In this document: positions 6,760 through 15,645 of the stretch, one piece after another | How the letters are laid out: the number at the start of each line of letters is the position of its first letter | Numbering within the stretch: the first letter of the stretch is position 1 | NCBI GenBank assembly: GCA_012729755.1 | Contig: JAAYCN010000030.1 | Location: 18,738 to 82,737, forward strand | Origin: Chloroflexota bacterium | GTDB lineage: Bacteria > Chloroflexota > Anaerolineae > Anaerolineales > Anaerolineaceae | Direction: 5' to 3' | DNA length: 64,000 bases | Translations under genes and position numbers: made by a program | The notes under the pieces: generated by a model | Databases searched by the model: none | Told to the model about the DNA's origin: nothing | The model's input: only the letters and a program-made list of their open reading frames with translations

Positions 6760-8868
6760 ATGGCTGCAAAAACACAAAGAATTCCAGCCTCATTGTTAAA
6801 TCAGCCTGCACTTTCTTTAAGTGAATACTCAGATCAGGAGTTTGCCTGGATCCGCAAGCGGGATGGAAGGATCGTCGAATTCGATAAGTCGAAAATATCT
6901 GAAGCGATCTTCAAGGCAGCCCAGGCAGTTGGTGGAGATGATCATGATCTGGCGGAGGACCTGGCAGACGCCGTTGTCCGCCACCTTGCGCAGTGCCAGC
7001 CTGCAGAAATACCCTCTGTCGAGGAAGTGCAGGATGCTGTAGAGAAAGTTTTAATCGAAATGGGACATGCGAAAACAGCCAAAGCCTATATTCTCTACCG
7101 CGATCGACGCACCCGCATGCGCGAAGCGCGTTCTGAATTAATGGATATCGTTGAAGATATTTTGGTCGAAACCAACCGTGAGAACGCCAATGTCGGCAAC
7201 TCACCTTCAGCGAAGATGCTGCAGATTGCTTCAGCCGCCAGCCGTCAATATTATCTGTCGCGTCTAATCCCGGAAGACATCGCGCAGGCGCATCAGAGCG
7301 GGGATATTCATATCCACGACCTTGATTTCTACGGAAAGACTTTAACCTGCGTCCAGATTCCATTAGAAAAATTACTGGCAAACGGTTTCAATACTGGCCA
7401 TGGATATATTCGTTCGCCTAAACGGGCAGCTTCTGCGACCGCTTTGGCAGCCATTATTTTACAGAGCTCTCAAAATGACATGCACGGCGGCCAATCTTTT
7501 GCTACCTTTGACCATGATCTTGCCCCATTTATCGTAGGCGCTTCGGAATTTGACGTGTTTCAATCCATGGAAGCGTTAATCTATAACCTCAACTCCATGC
7601 ACAGCCGCGCTGGCGCCCAAGTCCCTTTCAGCTCGATAAACCTGGGCTGCGACCTTTCTCAGGAAGGGCGTTTGATAACCAAGGCGCTTCTGGAAGCATA
7701 TGAAAAGGGGTTGGGCAGAGGAGAAACGCCAATCTTTCCGAACATTATTTTCCGTTTACGGAAAGGGATTAATTTCGAGCCCAAAGATCCCAATTACGAT
7801 CTCTTTCAACTGGCAATGCGGGTTTCTTCCCAGCGGATGAACCCTACGTTTTCATTTATGAATTCAACTTTCAATAACCCTTACGACGCAGATGTTGCCT
7901 ATATGGGCTGCCGCACGCGGGTAATCGCCAATCGACATGGCCCATCCATAAGCACCGGACGTGGAAATCTGTCCTTCACAACGATTAACTTGCCGCGTCT
8001 GGCGATAAAAGCCAATGGCCACATTGAGGTCTTTTTTCAGGAATTAGAAAAGAAACTGATTCTTGCCTCCCGCCAGCTGCACCACCGCTATACCGTGCAG
8101 TCTCACCTGAAAGTGCGTGACATGCCCTTCCTGATGGGCCAGGGACTCTACTTGGATTCAGAACAGCTCAAGCCCGATGATGAGATTGCCCCGGCGATCA
8201 AGCATGGAACACTATCCATCGGTTTTATTGGCCTGGCAGAAACATTGGCGAGCTTAATTGGCTCTCACCACGGCCAGACATTACAGGCCAGACAGTTAGG
8301 GCTGGAAATCATTCGTTTTATGCGTCGTGCCGTAAACCGGTTTTCAGAGGAATATGATTTGAATTACACTCTGTTAGCGACGCCAGCTGAAGGCTTATCC
8401 GGGCGTTTCGTTTCCATGGACCGCCGCGTTTTTGGAACAATTCCCGGGGTGACGGATAAAGACTATTACACAAACAGTTTTCATGTTCCTGTTGAGTTCC
8501 CGATTTCATCCTTCGAGAAATGTCAGTTTGAGGGGCCGTTTCATGAGCTGACCAATGCCGGGCACATCAGCTATATCGAATTGGATGCTCCCCCCGTCCA
8601 CAACCTCGAAGCTTACGAGCGCTTGCTTCGCCACATGGCAGCCTGCAATATGGGATATGCAGGCATCAATTTTCCCATTGATGAATGTCTGGGCTGTGCT
8701 TATCGAGGTGTGATTGCCAATCAATGCCCGTCCTGCGGCTCCACCCACATTCGGCATATTCGCCGCGTTACTGGCTACCTCTCTACTGTAAATCGGTTCA
8801 ATGACGCAAAAAAAGCTGAGCTGAGAAATCGAACACCTAACTTTCATACAACAGAAGGTTCTCAGTGA
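6760..8868 (+). CDS. nrdD: Anaerobic ribonucleoside-triphosphate reductase (class III RNR)
   Basis: 702 aa. N-terminal ATP-cone (KRDGRIVEFDKSKI), C-terminal Zn site CPSCGS, and glycyl-radical motif RRVTGYLS...RFNDAKKAEL.NR. Confidence 0.92.
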   Translation: MAAKTQRIPASLLNQPALSLSEYSDQEFAWIRKRDGRIVEFDKSKISEAIFKAAQAVGGDDHDLAEDLADAVVRHLAQCQPAEIPSVEEVQDAVEKVLIEMGHAKTAKAYILYRDRRTRMREARSELMDIVEDILVETNRENANVGNSPSAKMLQIASAASRQYYLSRLIPEDIAQAHQSGDIHIHDLDFYGKTLTCVQIPLEKLLANGFNTGHGYIRSPKRAASATALAAIILQSSQNDMHGGQSFATFDHDLAPFIVGASEFDVFQSMEALIYNLNSMHSRAGAQVPFSSINLGCDLSQEGRLITKALLEAYEKGLGRGETPIFPNIIFRLRKGINFEPKDPNYDLFQLAMRVSSQRMNPTFSFMNSTFNNPYDADVAYMGCRTRVIANRHGPSISTGRGNLSFTTINLPRLAIKANGHIEVFFQELEKKLILASRQLHHRYTVQSHLKVRDMPFLMGQGLYLDSEQLKPDDEIAPAIKHGTLSIGFIGLAETLASLIGSHHGQTLQARQLGLEIIRFMRRAVNRFSEEYDLNYTLLATPAEGLSGRFVSMDRRVFGTIPGVTDKDYYTNSFHVPVEFPISSFEKCQFEGPFHELTNAGHISYIELDAPPVHNLEAYERLLRHMAACNMGYAGINFPIDECLGCAYRGVIANQCPSCGSTHIRHIRRVTGYLSTVNRFNDAKKAELRNRTPNFHTTEGSQ

Positions 8869-9368
8869 TTGTTCGAATCGCAGGGATCAATCACGAAAGC
8901 GTCACCGATGGGCCCGGATTGCGCACGGTTATTTTCTTCCAGGGGTGTCACCACGCCTGTCCGGGGTGTCACAACCCTCAAACCTGGGATGCAGCCGGAG
9001 GGGAAGAAGTTGCGCTCAACGATCTGATTCGGTGTTTTCGAATCACTCCCCTTCTGTCCGGCTTCACATTCAGCGGAGGAGAACCCTTTCTCCAGGCCGA
9101 GACAGCCGCGTATATCGCTGAATATGTAAAATCAAAGGGGCTCAATCTGTGGGTCTATACGGGACATACGTGGGAACAGTTAATGACGCGCCTTATCGAA
9201 CCTGGCTTTCAGGACCTGATCCACTTAGCGGATGTAATTGTTGAAGGCCCCTATCAGCAAGAGCTTCGCGATCTCTCTCTACCTTACCGCGGTTCATCCA
9301 ATCAACGCATCTTATTGGCGAAAGCCAGCCTGAGGCAAAAGCGAGTTGTCTTATGGGGTAAATCGTAA
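8865..9368 (+). CDS. nrdG: Anaerobic RNR activating enzyme (radical SAM)
   Basis: 167 aa. GTGA start/stop overlap with nrdD. Motifs DGPGLR and FFQGCHHACPGCHNPQTW (Cx3Cx2C-type cluster). Confidence 0.9.
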   Translation: MIVRIAGINHESVTDGPGLRTVIFFQGCHHACPGCHNPQTWDAAGGEEVALNDLIRCFRITPLLSGFTFSGGEPFLQAETAAYIAEYVKSKGLNLWVYTGHTWEQLMTRLIEPGFQDLIHLADVIVEGPYQQELRDLSLPYRGSSNQRILLAKASLRQKRVVLWGKS

Positions 9369-9423
9369 CAATGAGATGCCCGGGTACCGCCACCTCATTC
9401 CCCATGATCAGAGAGGGTCATCA

Positions 9424-10956
9424 GTGACAGCCAAAACACTAATGGTTGTAGGGAGTACGTCTTCAGCCGGAAAAAGCCTGCTCGTTACAGCTCTTTGCCG
9501 TATTTTTGCCCGTCGCGGCGTTCGCGTAACGCCATTTAAGGCGCAGAACATGTCGAATAACGCGGCTGTTTGCCCGGATGGCGGCGAAATTGGCCGCGCC
9601 CAGGCCCTTCAGGCCGCGGCGGCTGGCTTAACTCCAACTGTGGACATGAATCCGATACTGATTAAACCCGAAGCTGATTCGCGTTCTCAGGTGATTTTAA
9701 TGGGACGACCTTGGGCGACACTGCAAGCTAAAACCTATTACACAAAAAAAGCCCTCCTTTGGGAACACGTCACTGCCTCACTTGATCGGCTGCGCGCATC
9801 TTCTGAATTGGTGATTATTGAAGGCGCGGGCAGCCCGACTGAATTGAATCTGAAGCAGGGCGATATTGTCAATATGGCGGTAGCGCGTTACGCCCAATCA
9901 CCCACACTGTTGGTCGGCGATATCGACCGCGGCGGAATTTTCGCGCAACTGCTCGGAACTTTGTGGCTGCTCGAGCCGCAAGAACGGGCTTTAATCCGCG
10001 GTTTGGTGGTTAATAAATTCCGCGGCGACGCCTCTCTCTTTGAGGATGGCATTCGCATCTTGGAACAGAAAGGAAATGTTCCGGTAATCGGTGTCATCCC
10101 ACATCTGAAGAAGCTGAACTTGCCGGACGAAGATGCTGTAATTATCGAACAAGCGGCGTCGATTGGACGAACAACGGCGGGCGTAACAGCCGGGTCAGGC
10201 GCCCAAATAGACATTGCTGTATTGGCTTTTCCTCGCCTTGCGAACTTCGACGATTTCGACCCACTCAAGGCCGAAAAGATGATCAATCTTCGTTACGCCT
10301 CTTCGCCAGCCGAGCTAAAGACACCCCATGCCATCCTTTTGCCAGGCACCAAAAGCACCTTGGCCGATCTGGAATGGATGCGTCAGACTGGATTAGCGGA
10401 AGCTGTAAATCATTTCGCGCGGTCTGGTGGGGCAGTCGTGGGAATCTGCGGCGGGTATCAGATGCTTGGCAAACGCATTGAAGACCCCCTCCATGTCGAA
10501 TCAGACTTGGCTGGTCTGGATGGATTAGGCTTGCTGCCCATTTCGACCCGCTTTTCGACAGAAAAAGCCACCTTCCAGGTTCAAGCACACGTTCTGGAAT
10601 GCTCAGGTTGGCCGAGCGCAGTAAAAAGCATGCCGTTGAGCGGATATGAAATTCATACCGGCGATTCACACGGCGGAACGCCCTGGGTTGTGATTGATCG
10701 CCGGAATGCTAACCCGGTTCACGTGCCCGATGGCTGCATTTCAGCAGATGGCAAAGTCTGGGGGTGTTATCTGCATGGTCTGTTCGCTAACGACAATTTC
10801 CGCCACGCGTGGCTGAGGAGTCTTGGCTGGCAATCAGAGGAGGCCATTTCTCAGGCAGATTCTTTCCGGCAATCGTTGGAAACGCTGGTAGACAGTGTTG
10901 AATCCGCCATGAATATGGATTTATTGAACCAGATCATATGGAACACCCAACAATGA
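9424..10956 (+). CDS. cobQ: Cobyric acid synthase
   Basis: N-terminus LMVVGSTSSAGKS and a C-terminal GATase-1 domain with GICGGYQMLG. The listed ORF opens at 9346; GTG 9424 (RBS gagaggg) or ATG 9442 is the more likely start. Confidence 0.88.
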   Translation: MTAKTLMVVGSTSSAGKSLLVTALCRIFARRGVRVTPFKAQNMSNNAAVCPDGGEIGRAQALQAAAAGLTPTVDMNPILIKPEADSRSQVILMGRPWATLQAKTYYTKKALLWEHVTASLDRLRASSELVIIEGAGSPTELNLKQGDIVNMAVARYAQSPTLLVGDIDRGGIFAQLLGTLWLLEPQERALIRGLVVNKFRGDASLFEDGIRILEQKGNVPVIGVIPHLKKLNLPDEDAVIIEQAASIGRTTAGVTAGSGAQIDIAVLAFPRLANFDDFDPLKAEKMINLRYASSPAELKTPHAILLPGTKSTLADLEWMRQTGLAEAVNHFARSGGAVVGICGGYQMLGKRIEDPLHVESDLAGLDGLGLLPISTRFSTEKATFQVQAHVLECSGWPSAVKSMPLSGYEIHTGDSHGGTPWVVIDRRNANPVHVPDGCISADGKVWGCYLHGLFANDNFRHAWLRSLGWQSEEAISQADSFRQSLETLVDSVESAMNMDLLNQIIWNTQQ

Positions 10957-11041
10957 TCTGCGATAACTGCTCTCAGCCCACAGAGATCATTCGTCTTGTT
11001 TGGCGTCCTGTTCAGACCTCAAGCCCAGTGGAAGATGTTGC

Positions 11042-11983
11042 ATGATCGCGGGTCTAATTGCGCTCCTCACAGCTTTTGTCATTGACTTTGCGCTGGGCGA
11101 CCCACCCAATCGCTTCCATCCGGTGGCGGCGATGGGGAGTTTGATCCACACGCTGACTCAGCGCTGGAACCACGGCGGAAACTTCCGACGATTTTTCGCG
11201 GGAATCTGCCTCATTCTGATTGGCGGGGCGCTTTTTAGCGCGCCGTGGGGTTTGTTAGCTGGCATTATTAAAGCCCGGCTGCCCGAGTGGGCAATCGGGT
11301 TGCTGCTCGGCCTGTGCCTGAAACCAGTATTTGCGTTTCGCGGGCTGCTGAGAGCGGGGGGTGAAGTGCAGCAGGCCTTGTTGAGCGATGATTTGCCGGC
11401 TGCGCGCCACTTTGTATCCTGGCATCTTGTCAGTCGCGACACAAGTCAGCTGTCGAAAGCGTTGGTAGCCTCCGCAACGATTGAATCCCTGTCTGAAAAT
11501 CTGACCGATAGTTTCTTCGCTCCTTTGTTTTACTTTGCGCTGGGTGGGTTGCCCTTTGCCTGGTTTTACCGGTTCATAAACACCGCAGATGCGATGATTG
11601 GCTATCATTCCGCCGACTATGAGCATTTTGGAAAATTCGCCGCCAGATCGGATGACCTTCTAAACTGGCTGCCCGCTCGCATGACTGCCCTGCTGATCAT
11701 TCTCTCAGCAGCTCTGTACAGACTTAACCTCAAGAACGCATTTCTCGTCATGAAGAATCAACACAAGCGGACCAGCAGCCCCAACGCCGGTTGGACGATG
11801 TCAGCCGCCGCTGGCGCGTTAGCGATTGTTCTCGAAAAACCCGGAAGCTATCGTCTGGAAGGTGGTCCGGAACTTCCAGATGCCAATATAATATCTCAGG
11901 CGTTGCAGTTGATTACCGTTTCGTTGGTTCTCAGCCTGTTTTTTTGTGGAGGGCTCATTATTGGACACGCTTTTTTCTTCTGA
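11042..11983 (+). CDS. cbiB: Adenosylcobinamide-phosphate synthase
   Basis: Membrane protein with DF.LGDPPNRFHPV near the N-terminus and NTADAMIGY. ATG 11042 is preferred over the upstream alternative start at 11000. Confidence 0.88.
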   Translation: MIAGLIALLTAFVIDFALGDPPNRFHPVAAMGSLIHTLTQRWNHGGNFRRFFAGICLILIGGALFSAPWGLLAGIIKARLPEWAIGLLLGLCLKPVFAFRGLLRAGGEVQQALLSDDLPAARHFVSWHLVSRDTSQLSKALVASATIESLSENLTDSFFAPLFYFALGGLPFAWFYRFINTADAMIGYHSADYEHFGKFAARSDDLLNWLPARMTALLIILSAALYRLNLKNAFLVMKNQHKRTSSPNAGWTMSAAAGALAIVLEKPGSYRLEGGPELPDANIISQALQLITVSLVLSLFFCGGLIIGHAFFF

Positions 11984-13025
11984 GGAACACGGAGGGTTGG
12001 ACCTCGCTGAATTGGAAAAATCTGGGGTCTCGCCGCGCCAGTTAACTGATTTTTCCGTCAATAGCAACCCTTTTGGGCCAGCGCCAACCGTCAAAAAAGC
12101 GATTCAGGCTGTCAATCTATCCATTTACCCGGATCGAAAGAGTCACCTGTTAAGAAAAGCGCTATCCGCGAAAATTGGTGTTGTCCCAGAACATATCTTG
12201 ATCGGAAACGGGACGACCGAACTCATCTGGCTGACAGTCCAGGCCTTCCTGAAACCGGATGATCAGGTGGTGATTCTTGGGCCGACATTCAGCGAATATC
12301 GGCGGGCAGCCAATCTTTTGGGGGCGCGAGTGGAAGAAGCCCGTGCGGCGCCGCCTTTCTTCGAACCTCCCCTTGACCGCCTGCTTGAGTTGATCCGCCG
12401 AGTCAAGCCTCGGTTGGTTTTCGTTTGTAACCCAAATAACCCCACTGGCAAATATCTGACTGAGAATGGCATTAGTGCGCTCTTGACCGCTTGCAAAGAC
12501 AGGTCAATCCTTGTTCTCGATCAGGCATATGAGTCCTTTGTCAACGCACAGTTTTTTTCAAAATTACCTGCGGATAACTGCCTCATTCTTCGCTCAATGA
12601 CCAAGGATTTCGCCCTTGCCGGTTTGAGGTTGGGATATGCGCTGGGCAGCCAAACCAACATTAAAAAACTCGAACGCTTTCAGCCGACATGGAGCGTCAA
12701 TGCGATTGCTCAGGCAGCCGGTTTGGCGGCTCTGGATGAGATCGCTTTTTACCAACAAACCATTCAGAAACTTATTTTAGAAAAAAGTCGATTCTTCAGG
12801 CAGTTAGAAGAATCTGGGGCGCAATTGGTTGACTCAGAGGTCCATTTTGGAATCATGAAAGTAAACCAGCCGGCCAGACTCGTCCGCCAATCCTTTTTAC
12901 AGCGTTTCATCCTGGTTCGTGATTGCACGTCGTTTCAACTCCCTCAATATATCCGCGTCAGTACTCAGCAAGAATCGGATAATCTTAAACTGATCGATGC
13001 CTTTGCCAAAATCAAAAAGGAATGA
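11946..13025 (+). CDS. cobD: Threonine-phosphate decarboxylase (class I/II aminotransferase fold)
   Basis: EHGG....L..........DFSVNSNPFGP, N.NNPTG, and SMTKDFALAGLRLGY (PLP lysine). Sits in the cob operon. The start is uncertain (GTG 11946 or TTG 11961) and overlaps the end of cbiB. Confidence 0.8.
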   Translation: MEGSLLDTLFSSEEHGGLDLAELEKSGVSPRQLTDFSVNSNPFGPAPTVKKAIQAVNLSIYPDRKSHLLRKALSAKIGVVPEHILIGNGTTELIWLTVQAFLKPDDQVVILGPTFSEYRRAANLLGARVEEARAAPPFFEPPLDRLLELIRRVKPRLVFVCNPNNPTGKYLTENGISALLTACKDRSILVLDQAYESFVNAQFFSKLPADNCLILRSMTKDFALAGLRLGYALGSQTNIKKLERFQPTWSVNAIAQAAGLAALDEIAFYQQTIQKLILEKSRFFRQLEESGAQLVDSEVHFGIMKVNQPARLVRQSFLQRFILVRDCTSFQLPQYIRVSTQQESDNLKLIDAFAKIKKE

Positions 13026-13109
13026 AATAATGATTTATCGATTTGATGATTCTGCTCTTCATTTGGATGAAATGGTAAGATTCTCAGAAATCGGAGCAAC
13101 CGCAAAGTG

Positions 13110-13850
13110 ATGAAAAAGATAAAGTTGGCGCTTGGCTTTTTGACAATTATTCCCATTCACGGGACAGACCCCTATCTTCCTGGCGATATCGGGAGGGCCG
13201 CGGGATGGTTCCCATGGATCGGTGCCCTGTTAGGTCTCATTGTCGCCGGAGTATATTACGGCCTGTCACAGATCTTCGCGCCCCTGCTGACCGCGGTGCT
13301 GTCATTAGCGACCTGGATCACGCTCACTGGCGGGCTTCATTTGGACGGCTTGGCGGATAGCTGTGACGGGTTATTAAACACCTCAAACAAAGAACGTCGG
13401 CTGGAAATCATGAAAGACCCCCGGCTGGGTCCATTTGGCGGGATAGGATTGATTCTGATTATCCTGCTTAAATTCGCCTGTCTCTACAGCCTTCCCACAC
13501 ATTCACTTTGGTTCGCGCTGCCGCTGGCAGCGGGCTTGGGCCGTTGGCTGCTGCTGTGGGCCGGCAAACAACCCCTAGCGCGCCCGAGCGGGTTGGCAGT
13601 CGATTTCGCGTCTGGTTTAAACAAAAACTCCTTCATCTTGGGGGCAATGGCGGTATTCTTTCTGGCTGTTTTGGCGGGATATGCGGCGGGTTGGCACAGT
13701 CTTGCCGCGGTAGCTTTCGTTCATCTTCTGGCATGGCTGATCTTCAAAATCGCCAATTCACGGTTAGGCGGAATGACCGGAGATATCTTTGGCTTCATCG
13801 TTGAACTGAGCGAAGCGGCCGCCATGCTGATTTTTTGTTTCAAACTATGA
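13110..13850 (+). CDS. cobS: Adenosylcobinamide-GDP ribazoletransferase (cobalamin synthase)
   Basis: Polytopic membrane protein with LGFLTIIP and GGLHLDGLADSCDG motifs. Confidence 0.9.
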   Translation: MKKIKLALGFLTIIPIHGTDPYLPGDIGRAAGWFPWIGALLGLIVAGVYYGLSQIFAPLLTAVLSLATWITLTGGLHLDGLADSCDGLLNTSNKERRLEIMKDPRLGPFGGIGLILIILLKFACLYSLPTHSLWFALPLAAGLGRWLLLWAGKQPLARPSGLAVDFASGLNKNSFILGAMAVFFLAVLAGYAAGWHSLAAVAFVHLLAWLIFKIANSRLGGMTGDIFGFIVELSEAAAMLIFCFKL

Positions 13851-13857
13851 GGCGCGG

Positions 13858-14673
13858 GTGAAACACCCATTTCCATTCCGAATTGGAACAACCTCATACA
13901 TCATCCCCGATGAAATCATTCCGAACGTGCGGTTTCTGGCTCAGCAGGTGGACGATATTGAGTTAGTGCTTTTTGAAGTTGATGATGGCCCAAACAACTT
14001 GCCGGATCCGTCCGCGATCCATGAACTGCGCCGGTTAGCTGAAGAAAACGACCTAACCTATACCGTACATTTGCCCTTAGATCTGCGATTGGCGGACAAA
14101 GAGGGAAAGCAACACCAATCGTTAACCAAAGCGCGTAAAGTCATTGAATGCACATTGGGTTTAAACCCCTGGGCATACGTCCTTCATCTTGACGGCCAGG
14201 AAGAATTAGAGAACAGTGACGCGCACAAGAAAGAACTCTGGAATGACCAGGCGGTAAAAGCGTTGGACATCGTGTCAAAATGGGCCGGGGATGAAGCCCT
14301 TCTGTCAGTTGAAAACCTCGAACATTATCCCACTCATTTTTGGGACGCGGTTCTTGACCGTTCAAAAGCCAGCCGTTGCATTGACATCGGCCATCTGTGG
14401 TTGGGTCACCAGGATCCGGTCGCGTATCTTGAGAAACATATTCAGCGCGCCCGCGTCCTCCACATACATGGAATCAAAGATCGGGATCACAAGTCACTTG
14501 CCAACGTACCCAGAGATGAGTTAAAAAGGGTGTTCGATTGCATCATCGCAGAGAAATACAGCGGTGTGATTACAATTGAAGTATTTGAAAAAGATGAGTT
14601 TTTAACGTCCATGCGAACGATAAACGAAATTCTAAATCATGGCGCGAAAGAGGCATCATGGGAACAAAATTAA
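13858..14673 (+). CDS. cbiR: Xylose-isomerase-like TIM-barrel (AP endonuclease 2 superfamily) protein, candidate cobamide-remodelling phosphodiesterase CbiR
   Basis: 271 aa with a GTG start 8 nt after cobS, and overlaps the cobU start. FRIGTTSYIIPD.I.PNV..L...VDDIELVLFE resembles my recollection of CbiR-annotated proteins. The call rests on fold-family resemblance plus operon context. Confidence 0.6.
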   Translation: MKHPFPFRIGTTSYIIPDEIIPNVRFLAQQVDDIELVLFEVDDGPNNLPDPSAIHELRRLAEENDLTYTVHLPLDLRLADKEGKQHQSLTKARKVIECTLGLNPWAYVLHLDGQEELENSDAHKKELWNDQAVKALDIVSKWAGDEALLSVENLEHYPTHFWDAVLDRSKASRCIDIGHLWLGHQDPVAYLEKHIQRARVLHIHGIKDRDHKSLANVPRDELKRVFDCIIAEKYSGVITIEVFEKDEFLTSMRTINEILNHGAKEASWEQN

Positions 14674-15197
14674 CCCTTGTTTTGGGAGGAGCGCGCAGCG
14701 GGAAGTCTGCTTACGCCCAGTCTGTAATCGAAAACAGCCATCAGCCGGCTCTGTTTGTCGCCACCGCAACCGCGGGAGACAAAGAAATGGCCGACCGAAT
14801 CGCGACCCACCGCGCCAACCGGCCGCCCTCATGGATAACTTTAGAAGCGCCTTTGCACGTGGGAGAAGCCATCCAAACCGCTGAGCTTACCCCCTGGGTA
14901 TTAATCGACTGCATGACCCTCCTCGCCAGCAATGTATTGCTTTCTTGTCCGGAACCGATCGGTGAAGCTGTATATAAGAAAAAAATGAAGCAGGAAGTTG
15001 ACGCTATTCTTACCGCTTATCGTCTTCATCCTGGTCAGTGGTATATCGTTAGCAATGAGGTTGGTCTTGGTTTAGTCCCCTCATACACCTTAGGTCGATA
15101 TTACCGTGACGGATTGGGTTGGGCGAATCAAACGCTCGCCAGGGCAGCAGATCAGGTCGTGTTCATGGTAGCTGGCCTCCCGACCATCATCAAATAA
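14658..15197 (+). CDS. cobU: Bifunctional adenosylcobinamide kinase / cobinamide-phosphate guanylyltransferase
   Basis: 179 aa with P-loop LVLGGARSGKSAYAQ and the motifs IATHRA.RP..W.T.E and VSNEVG.G.VP. Confidence 0.9.
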   Translation: MGTKLTLVLGGARSGKSAYAQSVIENSHQPALFVATATAGDKEMADRIATHRANRPPSWITLEAPLHVGEAIQTAELTPWVLIDCMTLLASNVLLSCPEPIGEAVYKKKMKQEVDAILTAYRLHPGQWYIVSNEVGLGLVPSYTLGRYYRDGLGWANQTLARAADQVVFMVAGLPTIIK

Positions 15198-15275
15198 CTA
15201 GTTCAGTTTTAAATCATTTGTTGCCAAAATAAAGCTATAATTCATCTATCAGCCTACTAACCCGAAGGAGCAGCA

Positions 15276-15596
15276 ATGCCAAACAAAACTGAAATTGAAG
15301 TCGCCCACAACGAAGAAGAAAACCGTCAGATCGCCCTTCAGTCCCTCTATGAACAAGTGGTTATGGATACCAAAGACATCAAACGCTTTCTAACCTTCTT
15401 CAGGCAAGCTACAAAGCGTGTTGAACAGCTTCAGGATGCTTATTATGAAGATTTCGATGATGAGATTGATGCCGAGAGCGACCCTGAAGAGGTCATCAAC
15501 GATCTCCTTGAGGAAGATCCGGTATTCGACATCACCACTGAACAACAGCTGCTGGTTCAGAAACTGCTCCTCGCGGTCGCGAAATACTTGAATTAG
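15276..15596 (+). CDS. Small acidic hypothetical protein
   Basis: 106 aa with GGAG RBS, predicted helical and acidic. It is followed by a strong terminator. Confidence 0.6.
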   Translation: MPNKTEIEVAHNEEENRQIALQSLYEQVVMDTKDIKRFLTFFRQATKRVEQLQDAYYEDFDDEIDAESDPEEVINDLLEEDPVFDITTEQQLLVQKLLLAVAKYLN

Positions 15597-15603
15597 CTCC
15601 GAT

Positions 15604-15632
15604 AAAAAATGCCCTCTTTGAGGGCATTTTCA
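15604..15632. terminator. Bidirectional intrinsic terminator
   Basis: aaaaaatgccctc-ttt-gagggcatttt, lying between convergent genes. Confidence 0.8.
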
Positions 15633-15645
15633 CAAAGATCATAAT

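Noticed and set aside
9346-9423. The N-terminal 26-aa extension of cobQ overlapping nrdG, as listed in the ORF track; likewise the upstream extensions of cbiB (11000), der (42683), cysS (46364), AMMECR1 (20186), the LysM protein (50411), E2 (58237) and the second trkA (30764).
   Set aside because: The family-typical N-termini begin at internal start codons that have better RBSs. The extensions overlap upstream genes and show no conserved features.
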